Below are positions 1 to 9,863 of a DNA stretch of 64,000 nucleotides, one piece after another (the stretch's first letter is position 1; every line of letters begins with the position of its first letter). The stretch is taken from assembly GCA_028281325.1 (NCBI GenBank), contig JANQKC010000031.1, forward strand, positions 25,223-89,222, given 5' to 3'. The position numbers were made by a program, and so were the translations under genes. Origin of the DNA: Alphaproteobacteria bacterium (GTDB taxonomy: Bacteria; Pseudomonadota; Alphaproteobacteria; UBA8366). The notes below the pieces were generated by a model. It made no database searches and was not told the origin of the DNA. It was given only the letters and a program-made list of their open reading frames with translations.

Positions 1-44
1 GTCGCCGAAAAGGACCTCGAAGAAGGGTTGCAGGAATTGACGGA

Positions 45-875
45 ATGGCGCGGTTCGCACATGGCGGAAATCGAGGCTCGGCGTTAGCGGGCGTGGTGAT
101 GGGCGGATTGACACCGGACTCAAGTCGGGAACCGCCGCCGAGCGTCTATGAAAGAGTGGCGGAGGCCGCTGGCCTGACGCTGCCCAAGGACGCCCGTATC
201 CTCGATTTTTGTTGCGGTGCCGGGGCGGACGTCTATCGGTTCCGTGATCGTGGGTACGAGAATATCCACGCGTACGACATACGCGACTATGTGGATCGTC
301 GAGCCGACGGGCCGCAGCCGGATTTTCGGTTTAGCGATGCGGAAGGCGGAGTTACGTTGCCATTTCCGGATGACTATTTCGACTTCATATATTCGAATCA
401 GGTTCTCGAGCATGTTCAGGATTTGGATGCGGCACTGTCGGAATTGTCACGTTGCCTTAAACAAGACGGATTCAGCCTCCATGTGTTTCCGTCCAAGTGG
501 CAGCCGATCGAATGTCACATCCATGTTCCGTTCGGCGGAGCCATAACGTCGGATGCCTATCTGCGATTCTGGGCGCTGATGGGGATACGGAACGAGTATC
601 AGAAGGATAAGAGTGCTGCGGAAACCGCGGCTGCGAACATTCGCTACACCCGTGACAGCTTGAACTATAAGACGGGGTCGGAGTTGACGGCTCTGTTCGA
701 GCGGCATTTCGGGTCGTTCGAATATGCCGATATTCATCTCTTGAAATACAGCCTTGGCAAGGGGCGCTGGATTTACCCCATTGCCAGAATTTTTCCACCT
801 TTGTTATGGCTCTACCGTTTTGCGCATATGCGGGTGGTATTGTTGTTTAATGAAAAAGGACGACGGGAGCGCTGA
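45..875 (+). CDS. class I SAM-dependent methyltransferase
   Basis: 276-aa ORF with a SAM-binding motif I region (ARILDFCCGAGADVYRFRDRGYENIHAYDI) and a Methyltransf_11-like FDFIYSNQVLEHV. Start is uncertain: a frame-1 ORF entering from the window edge stops at TAG 85-87, so ATG 99 is an alternative start. Confidence 0.8.
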   Translation: MARFAHGGNRGSALAGVVMGGLTPDSSREPPPSVYERVAEAAGLTLPKDARILDFCCGAGADVYRFRDRGYENIHAYDIRDYVDRRADGPQPDFRFSDAEGGVTLPFPDDYFDFIYSNQVLEHVQDLDAALSELSRCLKQDGFSLHVFPSKWQPIECHIHVPFGGAITSDAYLRFWALMGIRNEYQKDKSAAETAAANIRYTRDSLNYKTGSELTALFERHFGSFEYADIHLLKYSLGKGRWIYPIARIFPPLLWLYRFAHMRVVLLFNEKGRRER

Positions 876-1278
876 TGTATTTGCCCTTGGCGAAAACTGG
901 CAACTGTTTTTCCATGACCTAGACGGTTGATCGCATCGCCGAAGCGAAAAAGTCGCTCGTTGAAATGCTTGAGTAGGATAGTCTTGCCGGCAAACAGTTT
1001 TTGGATATCGGATCAGGAAGTGGTTTGTTCTCGCTCGTCGCGCGACAGTTAGGTGCCGCGGTGCGGTCGTTCGACACCGACCCGGAATTCGTGGTCTGTG
1101 CGACGGCTTTGCGGCACAAACACCGCTGCGATGACGTGGATTGGGAAACTTCTGCAGGGTAGGCGCTTGATACCGAATTCCTCGCTATTTCCACAAGCAG
1201 AAGGGCTACGTGCTTCGGAAACTCCGAACGGACAATGGCCATGGCTGCAACGAGTTCATATCCCAGAGAACGAGCTAG
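874..1278 (+). pseudogene. remnant of a second SAM-dependent methyltransferase (frameshifted, in-frame stops)
   Basis: Methyltransferase-like sequence is split across frames. DVFALGENWQLFFHDLDG runs in frame 1 and hits TGA 928-930. It continues in frame 2 as DRIAEAKKSLVEMLE*DSLAGKQFLDIGSGSGLFSLVARQLGAAVRSFDTDPEF (motif I GSGSG), with in-frame TAG at 974-976 and 1160-1162. A possible C-terminal piece (KGYVLRKLRTDNGHGCNEFI) lies back in frame 1 and ends at TAG 1276-1278. The total length is too short, so an internal deletion is likely. Confidence 0.5.
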
Positions 1279-1293
1279 CTGTCGCGGCCGGAC

Positions 1294-2454
1294 GTGATGG
1301 TCCGATCGTTGGCGGACACGTCACCTTCCCGCATGAGCGGCATGTTTCTTGTCCGATCGATGGATCTCGGCGGCGCGCAACGTCATCTGTCGGCGCTCGC
1401 TGTCGGATTGCGGAAACGGGGATACGAAGTGACCGTCGTAACGTTCTGCGATGGAGGGATGTTTGTCTCCGAGTTGATCGACGCCGGGGTTCGGCACGTC
1501 AGTCTATCGACGACCTTTCGTTGGGATCTCATCGGATTTGGACTTCGCTACGGCCGTTGCCTGCGAGCCGAGCGGCTTATCGACCGCAAACATCATAGTG
1601 GCCCTGTCGCGCGGGATCGCTCCGGTTCGTCCCCGTATCATTTGGAGCATTCGGGCGTCCGACATGCAGCTTCACCGTTATGACTGGATGGCGCGGCTGA
1701 GCTATAGGGTCGAGGCGTACGTATCGCGTTTCGCGGATTGTATTATTTCCAACTCGGGACGAGGGTTGGAAACGGCCATACAACGCGGATTTGTAATGAA
1801 CCGGGCCGCGCACATTCCCAATGACATCGATGTCGAGCGGTTCAAGCCCGATGCTGGCAAGCGATTCGCCGTTCGTGCGGAACTCGGCGTTCAGGAGTCA
1901 GATCTGCTGATCGGCCTGCCGGCGTGGTTCGATCTCATGAAGGATCATGTGAATTTCCTCACGGCGTTGCGGCGGTTGATGGATCAGGGCAAGAATGCTT
2001 CCTGCGTGCTTGTCGTTGCAGGCACCGGCCAAGAGAACAGCATGTTGGGTGAACTGCTGGAGGCTCGGGGGCTCCAAAACTAGGCTTATCGTTTGGGAAC
2101 TCGTGTCGATATGCCGGCGATTTTGGCCGCGCTGGATATCACCTGTTTGGCGTCGGTGTTCGGAGAAGGTTTTTCGAATGTCCTGGGCGAATCCATGGCG
2201 ACCGGCGTGCCTTGTACTGCAACCGACGTTGGCGATGCGCGCTAGCTCATTGGGAATACGGGAGAGATCGTTCCGGAAAGAACCCGATCGCCCTCGCAGA
2301 CAGTATCGGCCGATTGATCGATCGGTTGAGCGCCGATCACGAGACCGTTCGCGCCGATGCTCGGATGCGTATCGTCGAGAACTTCAGCTTAGAGAAGATG
2401 ATCGACCGTTCGGTCGCGGCGTTGGGGATTGAGAATGTTTCTGTCGTTCCTTAG
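1294..2454 (+). pseudogene. GT4-family glycosyltransferase, inactivated by frameshifts and in-frame stops
   Basis: GT4-like sequence can be followed through three ORF-track fragments. The N-terminus (FLVRSMDLGGAQRHLSALAVGLRKRGYEVTVVTF) is in frame 1. It shifts to frame 2 near 1570-1590 (STANIIVALSRGIAPVRPRIIWSIRASD...HIPNDIDVERFKP...). There are in-frame TAG codons at 2081-2083 and 2243-2245 ([38 protein letters not shown]). A second shift near 2275-2285 returns to frame 1 (NPIALADSIGRLIDRL...RIVENFSLEKMIDRSVAAL). Confidence 0.75.
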
Positions 2455-2537
2455 CGGACCATTCGACCTCGCTCGGCAAGTCCGGCTAAACTGCGCCCCG
2501 CAGTCATAATCACGCCAACAAACCGATACGGTGTCGC

Positions 2538-3167
2538 ATGAAACTCCACACAAGCAGCGTTGCCCCCAACCCGCGCCGGGTTGCGATCTTCCTGGGCGAA
2601 AAGGGCATCGAGGTGCCGACGGTCGAGATCGATCTCGTCGCGAAGCAGAATTTCGATCCGGACTTCGTCGCGTTGAATCCGTTGGCGCGCGTACCGGTTC
2701 TCGAGCTTGACGATGGCACTTGCATCGCCGAGTCCGTCGCGATCTGCCGGTACTTCGAAGAGCAACAGCCCGAGCCGCCGCTCTTCGGGACCGGCGCTGC
2801 CGGCAAGGCGATCGTGGAGATGTGGAATCGGCGGATGGAGTTCGAGGTCGTTGGGAATATCTCCTTCGCCTTCCGCCACGGCCATCCCTACTGGGAGGGC
2901 CGGATCGAGCAAGTGCCTGACTTCGCCGACCTGTGCCAGCGCACGATCCAGGAACGGATGACCTGGCTCGACGGTGAGTTGAAGGACCGCGAGTTTATTG
3001 CCGGCGATGCCTACTCGATCGCCGATATCACCGCCATCTGCGGCTTCGACCTGGGGCGCGTGGCGAAAATCCGCATTCCGGAAAACCTGGCCAATCTCAG
3101 CCGATGGTATGCGGCGGTGGCGGCGCGCCCGGCGGTGACGGCGACCGTGCCGTCGCGCAAAAAGTAA
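2538..3167 (+). CDS. glutathione S-transferase family protein
   Basis: 209 aa. The N-terminal thioredoxin-like GST motif is ALNPLARVPVLELDDGTCIAESVAICRYFEE. The C-terminal helical domain contains FIAGDAYSIADI. Confidence 0.9.
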   Translation: MKLHTSSVAPNPRRVAIFLGEKGIEVPTVEIDLVAKQNFDPDFVALNPLARVPVLELDDGTCIAESVAICRYFEEQQPEPPLFGTGAAGKAIVEMWNRRMEFEVVGNISFAFRHGHPYWEGRIEQVPDFADLCQRTIQERMTWLDGELKDREFIAGDAYSIADITAICGFDLGRVAKIRIPENLANLSRWYAAVAARPAVTATVPSRKK

Positions 3168-3196
3168 GCGCTCCATCATAATCCCGAAAAGAAAAA

Positions 3197-3226
3197 CCCC
3201 GGACGCCGCGGCATCCGGGGTTTTTT
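3197..3226. terminator. bidirectional rho-independent terminator between convergent genes
   Basis: Hairpin CCCCGGA (3197-3203) / TCCGGGG (3214-3220), flanked by an A-run upstream and TTTTTT (3221-3226) downstream. It lies between the GST stop (3167) and the minus-strand transferase stop (3249). Confidence 0.7.
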
Positions 3227-3248
3227 GTTTCGATCGGCGTGGGTCAGG

Positions 3249-4739
3249 TCAGTAGGCGCCGGTGCCGCGGACGACCGTCACGACCGTGCGCATCAAAACG
3301 TAGAGGTCGAGCCACAGCGACCAGTTCCGGATGTAGTAGCTGTCGAGCGATTCCTGTACGGCGAGATCGCCGTCGCTGCGTGCGGAAACCTGCCACAGTC
3401 CGGTCAGACCCGGCTGCACGCTGGCGCGGAAGTCGCAGAAACGCTGATCGAAGTGGCACAGGTGGTATTCCGGGAACGGCCGCGGCCCGACCAAGGACAT
3501 GTCGCCGCGCAGGACGTTGAAGATTTGCGGCAACTCGTCCAGGCTGGTGCGGCGCAGGAAGGCGCCGACGCCCGGCAGGACGCGTGGGTCCTTCTTCAGC
3601 TTGAAGAAGCGCTGCCATTCCTCGCGGGCTTCCGGGTTCTCGGCGAGATGGGCCTCCAACCGCTGCTCGGCGTCGCGATACATCGTGCGCAGCTTCAGGA
3701 CCTTGATGGTCTTTCCGCGATATCCCCGACGTTCCTGCGTAAAGAAGATCGGCGCGCCATCGACCAGCATGATCCACAGGGCGGAGACCAGCAGCACCGG
3801 CAGCGACAGGATCGCGGCGGGAATCGATACGGCGTAATCCAGCAGCCGCTTGATCACGTAGTTATGCGGCAGCGACAGATTGTTCGTCACCTGCAGGCCG
3901 ACCACGCCGTCAAGATCGATCGGGGAGACCCACAGGCTTTGCACGCCGAACAAGCGCGGTACGATGATGACATTCTCAAAGCGCAGCTTGTCCAGAACGT
4001 CCGCGGCCAGTTGGCCGTCGTCCATCGGCACCGCGAGGATTGCGGTGCGGATGCGCGACTGATCGAGTGATCCGGCATGGGCCAGGGGCCCGAGGATTTC
4101 GACTCCGCCGACCTGCTTGCCCCATTTCTTGGAATCGTCGTCGAACATCGCCACCGGCACCATGCCCAATTCCGGGCGGCGCTGCAGCAGTTCGATCATG
4201 TTGGTGCCGGTGTCGCCGGCGCCCAAAACGATCGTCGGCTGTCCCCACATCTTGAGTTTGACGAGGATCTTTCGGACGATCACTTCGATGAGGAATGGCA
4301 GGATCAGCGCGTAGGCCATCGACGCGACCAGGATACCGCGGGAGAGTTCTTCGCTGCGCCCCAGGTAGTTCCAGGCGATGAGCACGCCGAACAGCACGAA
4401 GCTGGCCATCACGCGCTGTCGCAGCCGAACGATCGGGCTAATGCCGTAGCCGGGATACATGCCCATGAAATGCAGCGCCACCGGCAGCGCCAGGACCCCC
4501 AGCGCGATTACGCCGAACTGGCTGATGCTGATGGTAATCGGCCAGACGGGGCTAAGGGCCAGGCGGGTCAGGTAACCAAGTAAAACGCAGAGTTCCAGCG
4601 CGACAACATCCGCGAGGAGCATGATGAGCCAAATCGACCGCCGTTCGCGGATATCGCGGGCGAGGTCTCGAAAATCAATAAAGCTTTTGGCGATGACCGA
4701 ATCTAACGGCACTACGCTCTCTCCCCTCAATTTTGACAT
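3249..4739 (-). CDS. priming polyprenyl-phosphate glycosyl-phosphotransferase (WbaP/ExoY-type 'bacterial sugar transferase')
   Basis: 496 aa with N-terminal TM helices, a central Rossmann-like segment (TIVLGAGDTGTNMIELL) and a C-terminal Bac_transf signature (SLDELPQIFNVLRGDMSLVGPRPFPEY...GLTGLWQVSARSD). Confidence 0.9.
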   Translation of the reverse strand: MSKLRGESVVPLDSVIAKSFIDFRDLARDIRERRSIWLIMLLADVVALELCVLLGYLTRLALSPVWPITISISQFGVIALGVLALPVALHFMGMYPGYGISPIVRLRQRVMASFVLFGVLIAWNYLGRSEELSRGILVASMAYALILPFLIEVIVRKILVKLKMWGQPTIVLGAGDTGTNMIELLQRRPELGMVPVAMFDDDSKKWGKQVGGVEILGPLAHAGSLDQSRIRTAILAVPMDDGQLAADVLDKLRFENVIIVPRLFGVQSLWVSPIDLDGVVGLQVTNNLSLPHNYVIKRLLDYAVSIPAAILSLPVLLVSALWIMLVDGAPIFFTQERRGYRGKTIKVLKLRTMYRDAEQRLEAHLAENPEAREEWQRFFKLKKDPRVLPGVGAFLRRTSLDELPQIFNVLRGDMSLVGPRPFPEYHLCHFDQRFCDFRASVQPGLTGLWQVSARSDGDLAVQESLDSYYIRNWSLWLDLYVLMRTVVTVVRGTGAY

Positions 4740-5134
4740 CTCGTTATAAGCCCTTATATCGAAAGGCTAATTTCACTAAGGGGTTGTGCCGATACTTGCC
4801 ACTTTCCGCTCCGCCCCATCGGGCTCGAAAAAATGAGCCTGCCACCCATACGGACTAGAAAGGTTGGGATGCGGATACTGGCCGAACACACGGGGCCAGA
4901 CACATCCCGATAACATCGTAACCCTTTATATTGTCAGTATGATTCGCCGAGATTTCAGGCGCAAAGTGAATTGGGGGTTATAGAACGTCTCAATAGTAGT
5001 AAAGAACTGGGGGTAGATAGATTGCATTTTCGACAAAATGTAATTGAATATCGCCTTGGAATTATTGAATAAATTTCAGGCTCCGCGCGATTTTTCCGCT
5101 TTTTCGACACGACGCTCGAAAGGCCGAAAATGGG

Positions 5135-7621
5135 CTAAGCGACCGAAATCGCCGCGGTTTCGCGGTGACGCAAGGGGGGTAGCTGGAGGCAGTAAAAGAT
5201 TCCCGGCAGGTTTTCACGCAGATTGTGCCGGTCGTCCAGCTCCAGCAGATGGATCTTGAAATAGGTCTGAAGCAGCGACAGTTCGCGGCCGATATCGGTG
5301 TCCAACTGATCGATCTGAATTTCCTGCTGGTGCAGGGCCGTGCCCACGTCCGACAGGAACATCCAATTCAGGAAAATCGATTTGTAGTCGTCCGGCTTGG
5401 CGGCCAGGAGATGCTTTAGCTCGCTGTTGATGCGCATTGCCGAGTCGACCGAATAGTCCGGCGTGACCTCGCCGAGTTCGCCGTCGAGAACATCGTGTAG
5501 GAAGCCGTCGCGAATCCGCCGCGCGCGTCGGAGCGGGTCGCTCTTGAAATTCTCTTCGAGCGCGCCGAGCGTTTTGCTCGTGTTGGCGGAGCCGGTTCCC
5601 AGGTCGAGCGAAAGATCGTCTGTCCCGAAGAGTTGCGCAAAGGCCGTTTGCTTCTTGCGCCGCCGCTTACTGTAGACGACCGCGCCGGCGACGAGCAGCA
5701 AGGCCAGCCCTGTCGGGATTACGACTTCGGCCCAACTGTCCAATCGGATACTCACGTTGATGGCGGGGGATGTCGCGTCGGCGTCCGGTTCCGCCGGCAG
5801 CGTGGATGTCGGATCGGCTGTCGTGACGGCGGGACGGGCGATCGCGACGTCTTGTTTTTCGATCGCCGCCGCCGGTTTCTGCGCAGGCTGCGGTTCCCCG
5901 GAAGAACCGGTCGTCGGGGCGGTGGATATCGACGCCGCTGGTGTCGATGGCGGCGTGCTCGGCGGTGGGCTTGGGTCGGGCGCGGCCCGGGCGACCGGCG
6001 GCGCGGGGATCGCCGCGGTCTCAACCGGTTCCTGTGTCGCCGTGGTGGATTCTTTCGGCGCCTTCGTGATCGTCGGCGCGCGACTGTCCGCGAGCGGGTC
6101 GGTTGCCATGCCGGCATCGGAGGGCGGGGGACGGTCTTTCGCCACGACCGGCGACGGCGGCGCCGGGGCGGGCGGTGCGGCGGCAATCTCGCCGCCATCG
6201 TCTTTTCCCGGCGTATTCGCTTTTCCCGGCGTATTCGCTTTTGGGGACGTCTCTTCGTCTGCCGTATTCGGCGAGGTCGGCGGTGCGGCGGCGACCGTCG
6301 TTTCGGAACGATCCGGCGATTCAACACGCGGCGTTGGCGGGACTCGCTCCGCCGCCGTCGGTTTCGGTTCAGGGGGCGTTTCGATGTTGGCAGATTGCGG
6401 TTCCGCCGCTTCGACCGATTGGCTGCCAGCCAGCCTGGGTGGTGTGTCCGCCGCGGGTGTCTTCGTCTCGGATGTGTCGGCGGTCGCCTTATTGTTCGCG
6501 CGGGGCTTTTGGGGCCGTGACACGCCCGCTGCCTCGGCGAGTTCCTTGTCGTCGTTCAAACGGGATCGCTGATCCGGTTTGTTCGGGTCCAACGGGATGA
6601 GCGCGTTCGGATCCTTGATCGCGCTGATGTTCCGCCGCGTGGTCACGCAGGTCTGGCCGTTTCGTTTGAGCAGCGAGCATAAGACCGATGCGGTTTCCTG
6701 ATCGCGCACAGGGCCGACGAGAATGCGATAGAAGATGCCGCGTCCCTTGATGTTCGCTTTTTCGAAATAGACGTTTTCGGCCCCCAGGGCCGCGCGGTTG
6801 GAATCGCGAATGCGTCGCCACTCGCGTCGCGCGGCCTTGGAATCCCGCAACGACGCGACCTGGACGAAATAGAGCCGCCGATTCCCGGCCGGTTTGGACT
6901 GTACGACGGGTTTCGGGGCGGCAGCGGACTTCTTGGCCGGCGTTGTCGTCGCGGCGGCCGCGACCGTTGGCGCCTTTGTCGCTCTCGGCGGGGGCGTGAC
7001 CGTCGGTGCGGGGCTCGCGGCCGGCGTCGCCGCAGGCTCCGGCGGCGGCTTGGCCACGTTCTTCGTTGGCGGCTTGGGAACGGGAGGCGCGGTGACTTTT
7101 GGAGCTGGGGGGGCGGTCACTTGTGGAACCGCGGGCGCCGCGGTCTTGGGCTTCCCCGGCGGCGGCGCGATCGACGATGGCGCTACGGCGACTTGCGGCG
7201 GGCTTGTCCTGGACGGTGATTTCAACGACGACATGCGGGCGAGCGCCGCCAGAATTTCCGAAACAAGTTGTTCGTTGTTGCGGGGCGGCGACGACAAGCC
7301 AAATGAGTTCTGAAAGTTCTTGATCGCGATCGCGGTGTCATCGCCGAAAACGCCATCGACGCGTTTCGGGTCGGCATTGGCGTATTTTTCAGGATACCGC
7401 GTGGCCAGCAATTTCAGCAGCCGCTGCACATTCTGGATTTCGGCCCGTGTCCCCTTGCCGACCGGCGCGCTTGCCTGCGCGATCGATTGGCGTGCGCCAT
7501 CCTTTGCCGCCGCCGAGCCTTCGGCCGCGGCCAGCAGGATCAAGACGGCCGGAAAAAGCGCCCGAATCGCTATTGCCCCATAAGCGATCATTTGGCCCTC
7601 GTGGTGATACGTGTCATGCAT
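5135..7621 (-). CDS. single-pass envelope protein with peptidoglycan-binding (PG_binding_1-like) and SPOR domains and long Pro/Ala/Thr-rich linkers
   Basis: 828 aa. Features in order: N-terminal signal-like segment AIAIRALFPAVLILLAAAEGSAAA; PG-binding-like VQRLLKLLATRYPEKYANADPKRVDGVFGDDTAIAIKNFQNSFGL; SPOR-like YFVQVASLRDSKAARREWRRIR...GIFYRILVGPVRDQETASVLCSLLKRNGQTC; TM VVIPTGLALLLVAGAVVYS followed by KRRRKK; then a C-terminal tail of about 170 aa. Confidence 0.75.
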   Translation of the reverse strand: MHDTYHHEGQMIAYGAIAIRALFPAVLILLAAAEGSAAAKDGARQSIAQASAPVGKGTRAEIQNVQRLLKLLATRYPEKYANADPKRVDGVFGDDTAIAIKNFQNSFGLSSPPRNNEQLVSEILAALARMSSLKSPSRTSPPQVAVAPSSIAPPPGKPKTAAPAVPQVTAPPAPKVTAPPVPKPPTKNVAKPPPEPAATPAASPAPTVTPPPRATKAPTVAAAATTTPAKKSAAAPKPVVQSKPAGNRRLYFVQVASLRDSKAARREWRRIRDSNRAALGAENVYFEKANIKGRGIFYRILVGPVRDQETASVLCSLLKRNGQTCVTTRRNISAIKDPNALIPLDPNKPDQRSRLNDDKELAEAAGVSRPQKPRANNKATADTSETKTPAADTPPRLAGSQSVEAAEPQSANIETPPEPKPTAAERVPPTPRVESPDRSETTVAAAPPTSPNTADEETSPKANTPGKANTPGKDDGGEIAAAPPAPAPPSPVVAKDRPPPSDAGMATDPLADSRAPTITKAPKESTTATQEPVETAAIPAPPVARAAPDPSPPPSTPPSTPAASISTAPTTGSSGEPQPAQKPAAAIEKQDVAIARPAVTTADPTSTLPAEPDADATSPAINVSIRLDSWAEVVIPTGLALLLVAGAVVYSKRRRKKQTAFAQLFGTDDLSLDLGTGSANTSKTLGALEENFKSDPLRRARRIRDGFLHDVLDGELGEVTPDYSVDSAMRINSELKHLLAAKPDDYKSIFLNWMFLSDVGTALHQQEIQIDQLDTDIGRELSLLQTYFKIHLLELDDRHNLRENLPGIFYCLQLPPLRHRETAAISVA
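6203..6238. repeat. perfect 18-bp tandem duplication inside the SPOR-protein gene
   Basis: TTTTCCCGGCGTATTCGC occurs at 6203-6220 and again at 6221-6238. On the coding (minus) strand this gives KANTPGKANTPG. Confidence 0.9.
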
Positions 7622-7935
7622 GCCAGGGACTGTTGCCCCCTGGCGGGATCGTTCGATCTTATATGACTCATTATGAAAGCGCTGGCGCTCTAGTTAATTG
7701 TCGCATCGGAGTTACGCCGAAAGGCGCAGAATGATCGTTTCGAATGACGAATATTGATATCTTTCAATTTTGAGTCCCTATCGTCGGTACAATCGCAAAA
7801 ATCCGTATGAGAGCCAACGGGTATTGTCCGGCCCTATTGCAAGGGCCGTCGCGGATTCGATCCCGAATGAGGCATGGAAACCCTGCGTCCGGATGCCGTG
7901 GCCGACGCCGTGGGTATTACGGTCTGCCGAAATTT

Positions 7936-9216
7936 CTAGGCTTTTGGCGTTGCTGGGTAGGGAGCATTCAATCGTTTCAGACAAGGGCCGGCAAGGCAGA
8001 CGATCGTAATGACATAGGTCACCGCCAACCCGATCATCACGCCATGCAAGTCGAAATAAATCACCAGGAAATAGGACGCGACTATGCCGAATGCCGCTTC
8101 GAGGACGGCGCTGACGAAATAGGGTTTGGTGTACTCGAATATCTTCAGGCCGGCGCCGAGCGGGAAAGCGGTGATCTGAACCACATTCATCGCGGCGAGC
8201 CAGTAGATCAAATAGGCGTAGGGGACGAATTCCGGGCCGTAGATATAGAACATCAGCTCTTCGGCGAAGATGACGGCCGTCAGCGCGATGCAAGCGTCGA
8301 ATGCGGTCATGAAGACGCCGATCTTGGCGAGGTAGCGCCGCAGGTCCGGCGTGCCCTGATGGTGCAGGATCGTCGACCCTTTGACGATGACGATATTCGT
8401 GAGGCCGTTGATCAGCACATTCCGGGGGGCGAGGATGTTCATCGCGGCCCGGACGGCGCCGATCGCCTGGGCGCCGAGCAGCGCGCCCCCCATCAGGACG
8501 ATCAAATTGCCGGCAAGCCAACGCAGGATGGACGTGCCGACGGTCCATTTGGACACCGACCAATGCCGCGCCGCGATAGCCGCCAGCCAGGCCCGGTCGA
8601 TCTGAGCCCGGTCGAGCATGAACATGCCCAGGGCCGCGGGAACGATCGAACAGACGAACAAGACCCACAGGACGCCTTCGCTGAGCACCGGGGAATACTG
8701 CCATAACAGGAACAGAATGATCAGGCGGCTGATATAGCTGATAAAATCGTTGAAGAAGGCCGCGACATGCCGGTTGTTGGTGTAGAAATACCGCCGCATG
8801 AAATCCTGTAATTCATCGGCAAGCACGGCGGCGGCCAAGGGCAGCACCAACTGCGACAGCCGCAAATCCGGGAAAAATACGCTGGACCCGGCCATCCCGA
8901 TCAAGACCACCAAGAAACTCGCCGTGGTAAAGATCGTCTGTTGCGCGAAGACCGCGCCATAGTATTTCGGCAAGTCTTTGCGGTTTTGCTTCGGCCCGAT
9001 GCTCATCATCGTGGGTTCGAGAAGGGATGTCTGCAAGTCCTTGAAAAGAAGGATGATTATCCAGGCAATCATGAAGCGCCCGAATTCCTCGATTCCGACC
9101 ATCCGGGCAACGATGACGGATGTCAGAAAATTCGACGCGCTGACAACGGCTTGGTCCGAGAGGGCCCAATGCAGATGGCTCTGGGAGCGGAATCGATCGA
9201 TCAGTATTCGGAACAA
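7936..9216 (-). CDS. MOP-superfamily polysaccharide flippase (Wzx-like), copy 1
   Basis: 426 aa and polytopic, with about 10-12 hydrophobic segments. The N-terminus (ALSDQAVVSASNFLTSVIVARMVGIEEFGRF) is typical of Polysacc_synt / oligosaccharide flippase family proteins. Confidence 0.75.
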   Translation of the reverse strand: MFRILIDRFRSQSHLHWALSDQAVVSASNFLTSVIVARMVGIEEFGRFMIAWIIILLFKDLQTSLLEPTMMSIGPKQNRKDLPKYYGAVFAQQTIFTTASFLVVLIGMAGSSVFFPDLRLSQLVLPLAAAVLADELQDFMRRYFYTNNRHVAAFFNDFISYISRLIILFLLWQYSPVLSEGVLWVLFVCSIVPAALGMFMLDRAQIDRAWLAAIAARHWSVSKWTVGTSILRWLAGNLIVLMGGALLGAQAIGAVRAAMNILAPRNVLINGLTNIVIVKGSTILHHQGTPDLRRYLAKIGVFMTAFDACIALTAVIFAEELMFYIYGPEFVPYAYLIYWLAAMNVVQITAFPLGAGLKIFEYTKPYFVSAVLEAAFGIVASYFLVIYFDLHGVMIGLAVTYVITIVCLAGPCLKRLNAPYPATPKA

Positions 9217-9863
9217 GCTGGATATCCCACTCTAGCTACCGAGCGCCGACGGCTTTCGAGCCCATTGCACGGATGAAGCGTTGCGATAAGGGAGACCAAT
9301 ATGTTTCGTGTGCCGTACAGCGGGCGATGAGGGCATGAAAAAGGCCAAGTGCCAATCGACCACCGTTGCCATGCCGCTGTTAACCATTCCAAGGCTGCCC
9401 GAGTTATGCGTCAGGTTCTAGAATCCGGTCCGATATTGCGGAACCGCGATCATCGCATATGCGCATCGCGCTCATAGGGTAGTTTTGCGACGGAAACCAT
9501 CAGGATGAAACCGTCTAAAATGGGTATTTAGTACAGTGTTCGGCTCTAGCGGCATTGGGCTCGTGAGCATCCGGTCGATGCTTGGCCAATCTGCTGCCGT
9601 GCCGGTTCGATTCTTGTTTCTGATGACGTCACGCTTTCGACGAGCGACGTGATGGATGATCGCCACTCCACGGGAAGGTTCAGTAATACATTGATATTAA
9701 TGCTATATTAGAAGCGCCATCTGGCGATGTGCGGTCCGGCAGACGGGCTTTGCTTTCGGAAAATAGGTACCACGAACGTAGCATATCGTGACCACGTCGA
9801 TTTAAGTACTGATCTATCTACGGAGTGGCTTGAACGGCGCTTCCAACAAATGGGTGGATTTCG

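Noticed and set aside
1-87. Frame-1 open reading frame entering from the left edge (…ELTEWRGSHMAEIEARR, stop TAG 85-87).
   Set aside because: Only 28 codons are visible, with no recognisable motif. This is too little to call a gene. It is noted only because it affects the start choice of the first methyltransferase.
1053-1598. 181-aa ORF spanning the junction between the two pseudogenes.
   Set aside because: It lies in a frame that matches neither the methyltransferase nor the glycosyltransferase similarity. Its composition is Arg-rich and it has no motifs.
3225-4583. Plus-strand ORFs (281 aa, 168 aa and others) overlapping the priming transferase gene.
   Set aside because: They are antisense to a gene with clear Bac_transf motifs. 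They are Arg/Ala/Gln-rich with no recognisable domains, which is typical of open antisense frames in high-GC DNA.
5633-6572. Long ORFs (295 aa and 271 aa on the plus strand; a 191-aa ORF on the minus strand at 5752-6327) rich in Arg/Gly or Arg/Pro.
   Set aside because: They are alternative frames or the antisense strand of the Pro/Ala-rich linker of the 828-aa gene. Their extreme low-complexity composition is what such GC-rich repeats produce in off-frames. They have no motifs and no independent start context.
7778-8706. 308-aa (minus) and 299-aa (plus) ORFs overlapping the first flippase gene.
   Set aside because: Both are Arg/Gly/Asp-rich with no hydrophobic pattern or motifs. The 426-aa frame gives a coherent polytopic membrane protein and is preferred.
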